A DNA stretch of 63,326 nucleotides, counting the filler, from Olpidium bornovanus S191 (taxonomy: Eukaryota; Fungi; Olpidiomycota), in assembly GCA_017911155.1 (NCBI GenBank). It is 27 parts of 27 records of this genome, joined end to end, with 100 filler letters (N's around TTAATTAATTAA, not from the genome) between each part and the next. Parts side by side here need not be neighbours in the genome. Positions count along the whole stretch, not along the records: positions 45,693 to 48,630 come from JAEFCI010002844.1; positions 48,731 to 49,904 come from JAEFCI010009162.1; positions 50,005 to 51,384 come from JAEFCI010012239.1; positions 51,485 to 54,079 come from JAEFCI010010502.1; positions 54,180 to 57,793 come from JAEFCI010011473.1; positions 57,894 to 60,441 come from JAEFCI010007504.1; 21 more parts are not named here. The stretch is one strand, 5' to 3'. A program made the position numbers and the translations under genes. The notes beneath the pieces are model-generated. The model was not told the DNA's origin and ran no database searches. It worked only from the letters and a program-made list of their open reading frames with translations. Positions 46,166-59,602 of the stretch are shown here, piece after piece (position 1 is the first letter of the stretch; each line of letters begins with the position of its first letter).

Positions 46166-48730
46166 AGATTTGGAAGGGAAACCCTGCTGGGCCAACGCCA
46201 ACAAGCCCGGCGTTGCACAGAGTGTGAGCCCCACATCTCACAATGGGCCCGCCAACCAACGGTTACCACCCAGGAGGAGCAACCTTTTTTTTTTTTTCTG
46301 CAGAGTTTGGCCTTCTGCGATCGTTTCCGACGGGGAACCTGCTGGTCGCAAAAGAGAAAAAAAAAAAAGACCAGACGTCAAGGTTGGAAAACGAAAAGAG
46401 GAAAATCTTCAAACATCAAGACCACGTTTTTAAGACCTGCAGAAGCAGCAGAGGAACCGCACCAACAAAAATTAAAACTCAGGGTGCGACGGGCGCACAG
46501 GCATCGGCCGTCATCTTCGCGCGCACAGCCAACGCCGTTATTTTACGCGCGTACTGTTCGCCGCGCAGCGAACACCTATCGCGCGCGCAGCTCGACGTGC
46601 CCACCTCACAGCTACAGAAAGGTGATAATATCGTACAACAGCTGAACATTATACAGAACCTAACAACCAGGCACCCGCGGCGCCCGTCTCTCTTCGACGG
46701 TCGTATCCGACGAACCCGAACGAGCGAGGCTGTGCGCGAGCGAGGCCGGAGAGCAAAACCCGTCGGAGAGGGCTTCAGCCAAAAACGGCCGGAGCAAGAA
46801 TCTGGCCCCGAAACGTGGGGGCTAGAAACACTTTTTACAAACCTAATGGGGACAGCGGGCAGAGACTCCCTGGCGGATTTTCTTACAGGGGAAGGGGGTG
46901 GGAGGGGAGGGAGCTCAGAGCTCGCGTGAGTTCCCGCGGCCGCCGCGGACGCCCTTCGATTCGGCCTGCATCCCCCGTCTTGCCCTCCTTTTTTTTCCGA
47001 CTGCGGCCCCCCTTCCCCATCCCCCCCTTCCCCTTTCGGAAATCTGACGCAAGCCGGACGGGAGTAAAATTGATTGACGCACAAAATAAAAGAGATACTG
47101 GGGCTAAACGCACTGCCGGAGAACGACGTTGTTTAACCTGAAACCCCTGTCAAACCTGAACGCACTGCGTTAACGGTGCCGTTTACCCTGCCAGATTGAC
47201 CTTCGTTATTGTGCAACTGACTGGGAATGGCCAGGAAGAAATTTAACACCTGGTCAGACAACTCCTAACGAGGACGGACGGTGATTGGCCCTTTTTAAAA
47301 AGGAGAAGGAGGGGACTCAGAGGAAGGCGGGAAGAGGGGTAGGGGGCTGAGGACCGGAAGCACCGTCCTCGAGCTGCTTGAACTGTGGGAGAGAGTGTGG
47401 GATACATAATGGGGAGGTCGAAGCGCGTGCTCGTTCATGGTCCATACACCCTTGGCGAGATGGAAATATGCCCGCAATCCCCACACTCCGTACTTCAGTC
47501 TCAGCCAGAAACCTGCTCCGGTTTGTCTGAAGACTGACAAGGACACCAACCGAGTCAACCGCCCTTTTCCCTGCCACCACCGCCGTCCCTCCCTTCGCCA
47601 ATTATCGTGCCTGATCCCTTCTCTTTTTTGCTGTAAACCGCAAACTACCCATTCTACTACCACAACTGGCCAGTCCATCAGGGCGGACCACAGCCTTTTG
47701 TTGGCCCTGGTGCCCAGATGGCTCCTGCACTCACACTCCATCTACGCCAGACCGCGATTGATTGCCTGCCTGATGCATCACAGCAGCCCCAGCCGGACGC
47801 CTCGCAAGCCACGCGCACGCATTGCAACGAGGAGGAAATTTTAGCAGCTCCTTGAGGCTCGCAAGGAGGCAATGCACACTGTCGAGCTGGGCGAGCGTAG
47901 CGCTGTCTGGAGATTGTATTTGCCATTCTAGCTCTGGGTCTGGATTCTGGGTTCTGGAAATCTAGCTATCTTCTGGGTCTCTACGTCTAAAATACGGAGA
48001 GTAAAAATGCTTTATATAGGCGCGGCCTACCTCCGGCGCCAGAGCGGTTATGCGGTTATGCGGAGTGTGTTCTGGATGGTGCGGCGCGTACCGGTACGCA
48101 ATCTCCGGTATTGCGGCTCCGGTATGGGCGTCGCGCTCAGAAATATTCGCAATATTCCAAAAGCCACAGCTTGGCGGTAATTCGCTGATATTATGGCTCT
48201 GGCACCACCACGCTGGGGCGAGCTATACACACCGCTCTCGGTCTTGGTCTAGGTCTAGATTTTGGGGATCACGTGACGTTGCGACAAGACGCGCAGTGGG
48301 CCAGCGGTTACACCGCGACCCTATAAATATGGCATGTTTCGAGGGATTTTCTCGGCGTACGTACCTCCTACGGGTCGGAGTTGCCTGGATTCGCAAAACA
48401 ACAAAACTTTCATTTGCGAATCCACTCGTTTTTCCCTGGTTTTCGAGCATATTACAGGTTTCATTGAGCTCGAGGGACCGCTAGATTTTTACGGAATTTG
48501 TAGATGCCGGTCAAAAGAGTAGGAGTTCCCCCCATTTCCGATTCGGAGCTTTGCTCCGTTCTGCTGGCGGGGTTAAATCCGTTTTATTAAGTGCGATTTT
48601 CCGCGGTCTTGGCGGAAGCTGATATGCATGNNNNNNNNNNNNNNNNNNNNNNNNNNNNNNNNNNNNNNNNNNNNTTAATTAATTAANNNNNNNNNNNNNN
48701 NNNNNNNNNNNNNNNNNNNNNNNNNNNNNN

Positions 48731-49630
48731 CCATGATGACGCCCATCTCGGTCTTGGGGTGGGCGTAGGCGTGGGCGACAAGAGTCCCGACGGTGTCGTT
48801 GATGATGCAGACGACTTTGGCCTTGAGGTTGTGGCGGACGAACGCGGCCTGGAGAAGCTGGACGACGTCCATTCCCTCCACGCCCTTGGTGCAGAAACCC
48901 TTGGTCCAGTGGGTCAGGACTGTTCGAGAGCAAATAACATAAACATTTATATAAATTATAAAAAAATTAGTGATTTAATTTAGTGATCGCAAAAATATTT
49001 AATAAATGCCCGAAAGTCGCGTCAGCCCGCACGGTTTATTTTTTGTTTCGCGAGAAACACGTTCGCGTCCGCGGCGGCGATCCAAAAAAAAAAAATCAAA
49101 AAAAAACGCGCGCACGCACTTCCGGAGTCGATGGAGTTCGCGACGAAGGGAAAAGAAAAGGTAAAACCGAGGACGGCCTCCTCGGTCGCGCCGGCGACGG
49201 TGCCGCGCTTCCGCAGGAATTCGCCGGTGGATTCCGCAATGAAGTCGAAGAGGTTGTCGGCGTGCCCGGTCATGGCGGACTGCGGGATGACGAACCTCTG
49301 GTGCTGGAGCGAGGGGGTGCCGTCGCCGTTGAGCTTGACCTCGCACACGCGGAGGTTCGTGCCGCCGAGGTCCAGGGCGTAGTAGGTGCCGACTTCCCGG
49401 CCGGTGACGCGGCCGGTGACGTAGGAGGGGAGCATGGCGAGGGTCATGCCGGGGGCGCGCGCGCCCCGGTCCATCTCGGCGACCAGGTGCATGGCGATCT
49501 GGTCAAGCTGCTCGGTGGAGACGGTGAGCTGCCTCCGGAGCTCGGCCTGGGTGGCCTGGCGCGCCTCCTCGACATCCTTGGCGAACTGTACGGCGGGGTT
49601 GGACGAGCGGCGGGAGAACCATTTCCACAT
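48731..49630 (-). CDS. Hexokinase/glucokinase (5' part, one intron)
   Basis: AMLPSYV, ALDLGGTNLRVC, LGFTFSFP, HWTKGF and IINDTVGTL. Confidence 0.96.
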
Positions 49631-49788
49631 GGTTGGGGCGGACTTGTGGGCTCGTGTGGCCTTGGAAAGGCGTTTTATTTATTTATTATTATTATTATTT
49701 TTTTTTTTCCGGCGGCGGGAACAAACCGGGGGGGCGGCCCCCGCGCGTGCCTTTATAGCGAAACTAGCACTGGGCGCGCGCGCGGGGG

Positions 49789-49835
<47 letters not shown>

Positions 49836-50004
49836 CGGGGGGGGGGGGGGGGGGGGTCCGTTGCGGCGGGCGGGCGGCGGGCGGCGGGCGGCTGGAGTAA
49901 GAGANNNNNNNNNNNNNNNNNNNNNNNNNNNNNNNNNNNNNNNNNNNNTTAATTAATTAANNNNNNNNNNNNNNNNNNNNNNNNNNNNNNNNNNNNNNNN
50001 NNNN

Positions 50005-51258
50005 CATGCGAGTCGGCAGGGACAAAACCAGCGTTGAGGCGGGCGGCAGGGCCGACTCCGTCGTCAGATCCGATGAAAAAGCTGTCCTTCCCCACCACTA
50101 TGGGAACCAGCGAAAGGCCGGCCAGAAAACGACACCGGCCCTCCGGACGTACCCTCGGACACCTCCTGAATTTCTCGTACATTCGGCACACTATGACGCG
50201 CCGCTGGCGCGGCCGGCTGCCCTGCAGACCGCTGCCGGACTGACCTGCTCTCTTCAACCGTTTGTTCGCCTTCTTCCTTTTCGTCGGTTCCGCCGCGTCG
50301 CCGGCGGCCTGCGCCGGTTTCCCAAAGGCGTGGCCTTTCGCCAAGGCGACTTTTGCCAGTTCGCCGGGGTCCACCACCTTAAACATGATCTTCTTCCGCA
50401 TCCCGCCCTTCTCCGAGCCTCCTCCCTGCACACGCGTCAGCGAAAAATTCAGTCACGAAAGTACTAAGCAGGTGAAAATTACGGTACGCCTCCGACCGGA
50501 GGTACCAGTGCACAGAATTCCGCGTTATCGCCCCTACCGGGAAACCGGCGCCAAATCGCCTCCTCCTATTGTCTTTAACCTACCCTTTTCCTTGTATTGC
50601 ACGAGTCGGATTCGGATTCTCGGAAATCTAGCGCCTGCAGACAGGTCCCGCCCGGCCGCGGTAAGAGCGCGCCGTCATCACTTTCCTTCTCTTCGTGGCT
50701 CTGGGACGAAAGCATGCCAGCGTCGTCGTCAAAACTCCCCGAAGCCAGGTCCTCTTTTGGCGGAAAGGCAGACGACGCTGCCGTCCCGGATGAGCTGGAG
50801 GCCACCGCGCCACCCGGCCGGCGTGGGATGTCCCCCGGTGCCGGGCTGAGAAGGTCTGGCGGCCGCGGTAGCACCTTGTACGACAGACTCGAGTCGTCAT
50901 CGTCTTCTTTGTCGAGGCCGGCGTCGTCCACCGTCGCGGCAAAATCCAACCCGGCAATCCACTCATCGGCGTCCTTAACTTTCCGCCTGCCTTGCCTCTT
51001 CGCGTTCTTTGCCTTGCCCTTGGCCTTCTTTTTCCACTTCCCAGGCGGGTGCCGCGGCGCCTCCGCGTCGCTCATGAGCGAGTCGCGGTCGGGACTACCA
51101 TCACGCGGGAGCGATGGGAGCGCCATGAGGTGGCAGCGCAGCAGCGAGTCGAAGTCGCCGCCGGGCGGGCGCGAGCCGCCGCCGGCGGACCGGTCCGCGG
51201 CGGGCCGGGCGCATCCTGTGCCAATTGGGTCGGCCGCCGTGACAGGTGCTTGCGTCAT
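50005..51258 (-). CDS. Hypothetical protein with basic and acidic low-complexity regions (partial, spliced)
   Basis: A 227-aa first exon plus a further exon (MRKKIMFKVVDPGELAK). No domain confidently assigned. Confidence 0.4.
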
Positions 51259-51298
51259 ACGTGCGGTGTGCGTAGCCGACCAGGGCCCTCCCGCGTTT

Positions 51299-51339
<41 letters not shown>

Positions 51340-52506
51340 CGGGGGGGGGGGCCCCTTTTCCCCCCCCCCCCCCCGGGGGGGGGANNNNNNNNNNNNNNNN
51401 NNNNNNNNNNNNNNNNNNNNNNNNNNNNTTAATTAATTAANNNNNNNNNNNNNNNNNNNNNNNNNNNNNNNNNNNNNNNNNNNNCGCGAATCACTCCCAC
51501 TTGGCGCGACAAACACTAAATTTGAGGGGGGGGGCATCACGGAGGCGGCGATGTCACAGCGCCGGCTACTTTTCAGATCGCAAATCACCGGGCTTTGGCC
51601 CATGCTTGCGGACGCCGACGCCCCCGGTCGACGCCCGCCCCCCCGCGTCGTGAAACTGCCGCACAAAACCAGTCGGTCCTTTCTGGTCTCCCCCCCATCC
51701 CCCTTCGTTCCGGCGACCCACACCCTTTCCCCTTCCCTTCCCTCGCCCCGGCCTCGTGGGGTCGCCGCATGGCCTTCGCCTCGGCAAAATCACCAATCGA
51801 CCCGCAACTGCGCGGCGAGGGGAAGAAATTTGCCCGCGGGCGGTTAGCAATACGGAAGGGGCTGGACGGTGAAGGCCACGCGACAACGCGGCGAAGGGAA
51901 AAAGCTTGCCCGGGAGTGGTTTGCAAATGCGGAAGGGGGCCCGGGACGGTGAAGGCCACGCGGACACGGTCAATGCGAGTGCGGGTGCGCGCGCGGCAGG
52001 GAAGAGAGAATTCTCGCGCGCCTCCCCCCCAGCTGGTGTGGGCGCGGCCGGAAAAAAAAATTTACGGCCAATATCGCGATTTAGGGGCTCGGGATATGTG
52101 GTGCCGCCGCCTCCCCTCCCCCCTCTCTTCCCCTTGCCCCTATCCAACCCCGCATTCACCAACCGCCACCGCCCGAAACAAAATTTCGCGGCCACGCTGC
52201 TGAGCCCCGCCCGGGGCTTTCCCGCGGTTGCAGCCGCTCTGGCGTCGTCTTCCCCGACTTTCAGGTATACATAAGATCCCGAGGTTTTGGCCGAGCTGCC
52301 AATTTCCCTTGAGGCCATTAGCTATTTTCACAATTTTTTTTTCGGGCTTCCACACCCCCCCCCCTTCCCCTTTCCTTTCGCCGGACGAAAGTTCCTAATT
52401 CGCCCAGGACAGACACCGGCGGTTGATTTTGGAGGCGACACGTTATATATAGTTTAACGAAATTTAACAATTATTCCCCTCAACATTAAACGATTACGCC
52501 CACAAC

Positions 52507-52977
52507 ATGAAGTTCGCAACCGTCCTGGCCGTCGCCGCTGCTGCGTGCGTGGTGTCCGGGTCTCCGCTGCGCAAGCGCCAGCTGTCAAACTCGGGCAACA
52601 ACGACATCACGATCCTGAATTTTGCGCTCCTCCTCGAGACTCTCGAATTTGAGTTCTATAACACCGGCCTGAAGAAGTTTGGCGAGGCAGATTTCCGCCG
52701 AGCCAACATTCCCAACCCTACCCAAGCTATCCTCAACTTCCACCACATCCTTCAGCACGAGGCCAAGCACGTTGAGACGCTCAAGGCCGTAATCAAATCG
52801 CTGGGCGGCGAGGCGATACCGAAGTGCGAATTCGAATTTCCCATGGACTCAGTTCAGACTTTCACCAAGCTGGCCAGCGTCCTTGAGAAGACCGGCGTTG
52901 CGGCTTACAACGGAGCTGTCAACCTGCTTAAGAACCCCGATCTGCAGACCGCCGCTGCGAACATCGACACCGTTGAA

Positions 52978-53013
<36 letters not shown>

Positions 53014-54079
53014 AAACGGCTTTTGAGCCTTTGACTGGCGCAATCTGGTACGGTTTACTCAGGCCTTTGCGACTCTCGCCGTTCAACCTCAGCCCGCCAT
53101 GCTTCCTTCCTCCAAACGGTTAACGGGCTGGATCCCTTCCCGGCTGATTTCGATGTTGCCCTGGATGGCCGCCAGGTCGTCACCCTCGCTGCTCCGGTGA
53201 TCAAGGCCTGCCCCTTCGAACTTCCGTTTGCTCCGTTCGGGGCGCTGAAGGTCGACGAGTCCGAAGTCCTTCTTCCTGGCGGCGAATGCAAAGTGAAGTT
53301 TAAGCGCGAAGGAGAACAGCAACACTTCTGCAACTTCGTCTTCTCCGACCAGTCTCTGGTCAGTGAGCTTTCTTCCGACAACAAGTGCGAAATCCCGGAC
53401 GAAGCTCGGGGGGATGTCTTCCGTAAGTACCTTTAATAAAATCTCGACCAGGCACGGAAGTTTCGGATTGTTCGCTGACCGCAATTTTTTATCTGGGGGG
53501 TGGGGCGACGACTGCCACTCCAGTGATGATCACCAGCAGCGAAAAAGGCGTCACCCTGAAGGACACGAACGCCGTCGTCGCCGGTCCCGTTGTGTTGAAC
53601 GTTGATACGGCGCACGACGACTCCTGCCAACGGTTTGTGGGCAAAGACGGCGAAAACACGGTCGACAGCTTGGAGGTCCCTCACCAGATGCCGAAACACG
53701 AGATGCCGAAACACGAGATGCCGAAACACGAGATGCCGAAACACGAGATGCCGAAACACGAGATGCCGAAACACGAAATGCCGAAACACGAAATGCCGTC
53801 GAAGAAGGAAAAAGACTGCAAGGAAGCGGGTGAGAAGAAAGACACTCCCCCGGAAATTCAGGCTCAGATTGAAAAAGTGGAGGAGTTCAGAAAGGCGGAC
53901 GCAAAGAGGAAAGAAGAGCGCGAGATAAAAAAGGAGATGATGGAGAAGGAGATGCCGCCTCCCGAGGAGGCCGCTCCCGAGGAGGCCGCTCCCGAGGAGG
54001 CCGCTCCCGAGGAGGCCGCTCCCGAGGAGGCCGCTCCCGAGGAGGCCGCTCCCGAGGAGGCCGCTCCCGAGGAGGCCGC
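52507..54079 (+). CDS. Secreted ferritin-like (Ferritin_2, Rds1-like) protein with a repetitive C-terminal tail (partial)
   Basis: Signal peptide MKFATVLAVAAAACVVSG and KR site; DITILNFALLLETLEFEFY, HEAKHVETL, ASVLEKTGVAAYNGA, and spliced TVE|ARHASFL. Confidence 0.88.
53688..53792 (+). repeat. 15-bp coding tandem repeat x7 encoding (MPKHE)7
   Basis: ATGCCGAAACACGA(G/A) x7. Confidence 0.95.
53961..54079 (+). repeat. 15-bp coding tandem repeat of about 8 or more units encoding (PEEAA)n, running into the gap
   Basis: CCCGAGGAGGCCGCT repeated perfectly to the contig end. Confidence 0.95.
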
Positions 54080-55312
54080 NNNNNNNNNNNNNNNNNNNNN
54101 NNNNNNNNNNNNNNNNNNNNNNNTTAATTAATTAANNNNNNNNNNNNNNNNNNNNNNNNNNNNNNNNNNNNNNNNNNNNCACAGGTTCCGACAGAATCGG
54201 ATGCTTCTTACGGCCAACCCGCCCTTCGGCCGCAACCCCATCCGCTCCTTTCAAACCCGCCAGCGACCTCAACCGAGCCGTCGGGCCAACGCTATCATGG
54301 CAGCGTTGCAGGCATGACCATCAAGATGCGTTCCTCGGGCTACCGGATCTCTTCCCGCGGCACTCCTACTCTAATGAGGAGCTCTTCAAGGACCCACGCT
54401 TCAAGCTTTTCAACGCACTGCACGCCCAGGGCCTTTCGAGTTCCTCGTACGCACGCAAACTCATGGCGGAGATTGCACCGCCCGCTCGCGGTTCCAGGCC
54501 CGATCAGCGGTCGACATTGAGCCTTTCGAACTGCGAGCAACGACAATGCAAAGGGGGCGATGGCTAAACCTATCATATTCATAACTGCAGGCAGGCCGAC
54601 ACGTAGGTAACATTTGCGAAGGTCAAAATAGCAAAGCTCGTCCCGTTGAGAAAGCGAGCACTCAAGGACGCGAACGGCCGGTACAGGGAGGAGCTGGAGT
54701 CAAGAGAAATTTCTGGGATTTTCCTTTCCCAGTCTGCTAAACATGCACCCTCGCCCGGTCCACATGGCTCCCCACGCGTTCTGGCAAACCTTGCAGCCCC
54801 TTTTGCACGGGCCGCGACGGCTCGTCCCGATTTTTCTGCGCTTTGCCGCCCAATAAATTCACGCTTGTTTTTCGCCCGCGTGGCCGGCACGGGCCATGAT
54901 GCGCGCGGCTTTACATCCGCTTTGAAAAACGCGACCGCCCCGGCCTGGAGTGTGTCCGCTTCCCAGCGGGGTGCCCGCAGAAGCGGCGGTTCCCCAGCGT
55001 TTGTGATGAAAGTGCGGCGCCGTGACGCCGCGGAGTCGCGCCGCCCGCGGAATCTATGGAAGTAGGATTGAATTCCACTCTAATGGTTCACACGTGTGTC
55101 CGCCGCCTCCGCAAATTCCGCTCGTCCGAAAAGTCTTCAGAAACGGGCCTTACGAACGCAGAACCACCCAGAGTTGCGGGGATAAAGAAAACACGCAGAA
55201 AGCAGATACGACAATTTCGGAAAAAAAAAATAACAGAAACTCCGCTCGTGGAGCACCAAAATAAAAAAAAGTAAGATGAAAGAATAAAAAAACACGCAGG
55301 CCGTTTTTTCCC

Positions 55313-57793
55313 TCAGCTCTCGTACCCGCCGCGCAAGCTCACGGCCATCAAAGCGCCTACAAAGGTCAGATTCATCTTGGCCTTCACCTCTACGATATCC
55401 TCCGGCAAGCAGAAGATGGTGGCTCCCATCTGGGTTTTAGTAGAGACGCGGCGCGCAGAGATACGTCAGGAAAAGAGATTCGCCCGCGGCACAGTACCGC
55501 TGGCCGTCGAGGGCGGGAAAAAACCCCCGCACAAGCGCAAACCCATACCTTTCTCGCGATGGATATGGCGTACTTCGCGTTCAGTTTGGCGCGTTCCTCT
55601 GGCGAAAAGATTTTGGCGGCCGCGGGTGGGGGAAGGCGGGGTGTGGGGGGGGGGGAAAGGGGGAGAAGAGGGAGGGGACAGACGGTTAGGACGGGGCGGT
55701 ACATGGGGCAAATCCGGCCCGCCGGATGCAGTGCGGTGGGGGCCCCGGTTTGCTTACCGCCTACTCCGTCCGTGACGAGGTTGTAATCGACGATGCCGTT
55801 GCGCATGCCGTGGAGGAGGTCCAGGAAATAGGTGCCGTTGCCAAGGCTGGGATCCTTGAAGGAGGCCATCGTCGAGCTCTTTCCGCCCGCGCGAACGGTG
55901 GCATTGGCCCACTCGATCATGTCGGCATCCGTGACCTCTTTGCCGTTCTTCGACAGCAACTTGAGCGTCTGCACGATGTTCTCTCTCATAAGCTGCCAGA
56001 CCAGCGCTGCCCAAAAAACCGCGGGGGAAGGGGGAGTTGGGAAGGAGGGGAAGGAGGTGGGCGAATTTTTTTTAATAAACCGGAAAGTCTTTTTCCCCGC
56101 CGCACTGTTCGGCGGCGGGCTTGTGAAAAAGATCTGACGACCGCGGACCAACCTAGCGTCAGCTTCTTGTTGCCGTCCTGGATGTCCGTGCCGCCGATTC
56201 CCACAAGGGAGAACCTCATGGCCTTGCCGAGCACAATGACGTAGTTGCAGTTTTCGACGCGCTTGAACTTGGAAGTGATCGGCGTCTGCTTGTTCACCTT
56301 TTTCCAGTCCACCGCGCCCGGTTGCACCTTGTCGATGGCTTGCAACAAGACGAGGCCGTCCTGAGTTTTTATCGAAGAGCGGTATTTACGGGCGGAATGG
56401 GCCGCCGATTCAGCGGGGTCGCGGTGGAACGCCGACAGCGAGCAAGGAAATCTGGCCGTGAGCAATCAAGCAAAAATAAAAAAAAATAAAAGATAGCCCG
56501 TGTCTGCTGCCTGTTCTGCCCACCCGAAGATCTTCGAACAAATTATTCAGGAAAGGGTCCACTCCTAAGCTGTTCATCCAAAGTGCAAACGCTGCAAATT
56601 TGGGTGGAGCGCGGGAGTTAGATTGCCGTGAGAAATGGCGTCCGACGGAAGGAGAACGCCTACCGCTCAGCCCGCTTTTCATTCGTCGGAAATTCAGTCT
56701 CAACTCACCTCTGGCTTCGCGGTCACCCTCGGAGCTGAACAGCCACTCGTCCAGCGCGGCCTTTTCTTGCTCGGACAGCGGTTTCAATCCCGGGAGCGTG
56801 TTGAACAAGTGCGCGACAAACGCCAGGTTGAGCTTGGCGTTCCCCTCCGTGAGCGTCCTCACGTTCAGGTACTTTCTGCAGCCGATCTTGTCGGCGTTGA
56901 CCAGGACCTGGGTGATTTTGGTCGAAACGGAAAAAGAAAAACGGTCAGCTTGGCCCCATATTCTCACCCAGAAAACGTTCCAAACTTTCAACCGCAAAAA
57001 AATAATTGCGGACCATTTCCGCGCGTTTGTGGATGTCGTGCTCCTGCAGAGGCGCCTTAGAGCACTTCTCCGGAGCGAGTTGGTTGAGGAGGATGGTGTA
57101 CGCTTCGGCATCCCTCACGTCGTGCGTGAAATTTGTAACCCTTGATCCGTCGGGTTAGAGAAGTCGCCAAGATTCTATGCCCCCGTGCCTGTCATGGGCT
57201 TTTTTTTTCTTTTCCTTTTTATTATTTTTTTTCCCCTGGAGAGGGTAAAGAGGGGACTCACTTTTTCGACAATCCCGCCTCCTTCAAGTGAAAGTTGAAC
57301 CAGCGCAGCAGCACCTGGTCGGGCGGGAGCTTTGTCAGGTCTTCAATGGTCTCGCCCTTGTCCAGAAGACGGTACAGCTCCGGACAGAATTTGATGTCAA
57401 TCTTCGCCAGCAGGCCGATCTTGATGATCTGCCAAATCAGGCCGAGGATAAGGTGCTCGCGACCTTCGATGAGGTCTGACGAGCCGATGTTGACCACGTT
57501 GCAGCCAACCGCTTTCGCGGAATTGATGACCACGTTGTTGTTCTCCGTCATCTGGAACTTGGACAACTTTGGTCCCTTGTTGAGCACGCGCTCGTCGATC
57601 GTGTCCGCCACGGAGTCATTGATCAGTTTGGACAGGAGGAGGCCGTCTGCGAACACAAAAAAAATGAAAGGCGTTACACACGGAGGGAAGCGGGGGGTGG
57701 GGGACGTGCACAACCTGATGCTGGAGAACGCGAGCAAAAAGCTTCTGTGAATGTGGTGTGGGCCACCTTTGCACTCGTCAAAAATCTGCATGG
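55313..57793 (-). CDS. SAC6: Fimbrin/plastin (actin-bundling, CH domains), 3' portion, multi-exon
   Basis: DGLLLSKLINDSVADTIDERVLN, HLILGLIWQIIKIGLL, LNLAFVAHLFNT, ENCNYVIVLGK and YAISIARK...PKMNLTFVGALM. Stop at 55313. Confidence 0.96.
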
Positions 57794-59528
57794 NNNNNNN
57801 NNNNNNNNNNNNNNNNNNNNNNNNNNNNNNNNNNNNNTTAATTAATTAANNNNNNNNNNNNNNNNNNNNNNNNNNNNNNNNNNNNNNNNNNNNAGCTTGG
57901 GCGACAGTACCAAAGTACAGAAGAACCTAAAGAAACGGAAGCTGCTGACACAGGTGTACCGCACGTGGTAGTACCGATGTGCTGAGGAACATCTCCACGG
58001 TGACTCGTTCCATGTGGCTAAAAACCACGCAAGATTCACTGGTTCGACAACGGGCGAAAGGCCAGTGGCTAGCTTAAGAGCCTCATGCGTAGGTTGTATC
58101 CTGCGATGGTCCCGCTTTAGAATTCTCTGCCACCCACCCGGGGCGTCTTTCCGCGGATTAGCTGCTCTTATTCCACACTAGCCGCGTATAACTCATCAGT
58201 GCCCGCGTTCGTCGATGCCGTCACCGAAATGCAGTGTTTGCGGTTAAAAAGCGTCTCACTGACAGCCTGCGCTTTTTTTTTTTTGGCTACCGCGTGTTCC
58301 AATACTCGGACCAATGAGTTGCCCTCGTTTAAGTCGTGTTTACTCTTCACAAACAGAATCCCGCTCCGGACGACGTGTGCGTCGCATTGGGATGATTTCG
58401 GCGATATTACTACTTAAAAACGATCTGTCTGCGAATTACAGCATTAGTTTATATATAAATTATACTTGAGGTATAATATAATTCAATACTATAAACAATA
58501 ATATTAGTTTTATTTAATATGGAACATTATATAAACTTCAACAAAAGCAAACTCCGGGACAGGCTAACAGATAAAGCGTGGACCGTAAATCACTTGCTGC
58601 AAAATGTCGGTGCCACGATGAGATCTCGATTTGAGTTGTTAACCGGATGCACAGGACATCCGGATGCATAAACCTGCGCGTCGATAAGGAATGTCACACT
58701 TTGTCACCCAAGCAATGCTGCCGATACTGCTTTTGAGGCCCTCTTCAAAGAGTCTAAAAATCCACCTCGGTTGGGTAGCTCAGCGAGGAGCGGCAAGGGT
58801 TCAAAGCAGGGACAGGGGTCCGCAGCGTACCCGGTCGGCTACGGAAGGCGGCAAGGGGGTGAACGCGTCGAAAGGACCCAAAGACGCCGCTAAAACCAGG
58901 CCACTTAAACGCGCGTTCGCCTTGGTTGTCCCCGTATCGACGATGCGAGGCACAGCGAAATGCGTCGTTTTTTTTTTCGCAAACGGCGCCCCCCATCGCC
59001 CCGCTCCCCTCCTCCCGCTGCCGACTTTGTGGCCTTTTGAATCAGCGGAAAACAAAGCAGACCTTGGTGGTCTGTAAGATCCCGCCATAGTTCTCGAAGC
59101 GCCTTTTTCAAATGAGACCAAAACCCCCGGTTTGGCCATTCAAAGTGGAGCCGCCCCGGACAGTTGTTGCGCCCTCTGACACACGCCGACGGAATTCGAA
59201 AAAACCATCCAACTCGGGCTCCCAGCCAAAAAGCACAGGCTTTGCCTTTTTTTTGGTTTTTGTTTTATGCAGTCACGTTCTGAAGCCGTGCAAGCCGGTC
59301 CCCGCCCGGAATCCGCCTTGATTTGTGTCCCGGGGCTGAGGTTGCGGCGAGCGGTGCCGGCGCGGGCGCGGTGCGCCGCTGCGGTTCGTCACTCTGCGTT
59401 CGGAGGGCCCCTCCTCCCTCTTCCAGCGGCGCCCCAGATTCAGGGGTTTCGACCTTACATGCCCGTTCGCGAGGTGCCCGTTGGAAACCCCAAATTAATT
59501 TGAAAAAGCGGTTGTCGTTCCGAACACG

Positions 59529-59602
59529 GCTTCTTTAGCACAGTTGGTAGTTGCGCAGGTCTCATAATCCTGAGGTCGTGAGTTCGATCCTCACAAGGAG
59601 CA
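59529..59602 (+). tRNA. tRNA-Met (CAT), elongator
   Basis: GCTTCTTTAGCACAGTTGGTAGTTGCGCAGGTCTCATAATCCTGAGGTCGTGAGTTCGATCCTCACAAGGAGCA: G1-C72 pair, TTCG loop, downstream T-run. Confidence 0.93.

Noticed and set aside
46200-48630. Short candidate ORFs and exons in the contig at 45693-48630 (similar cases at 16216-17165, 30880-31700, 51485-52318, 54180-54600 and 57894-58420)
   Set aside because: No recognisable domain or consistent splice model could be supported by eye.
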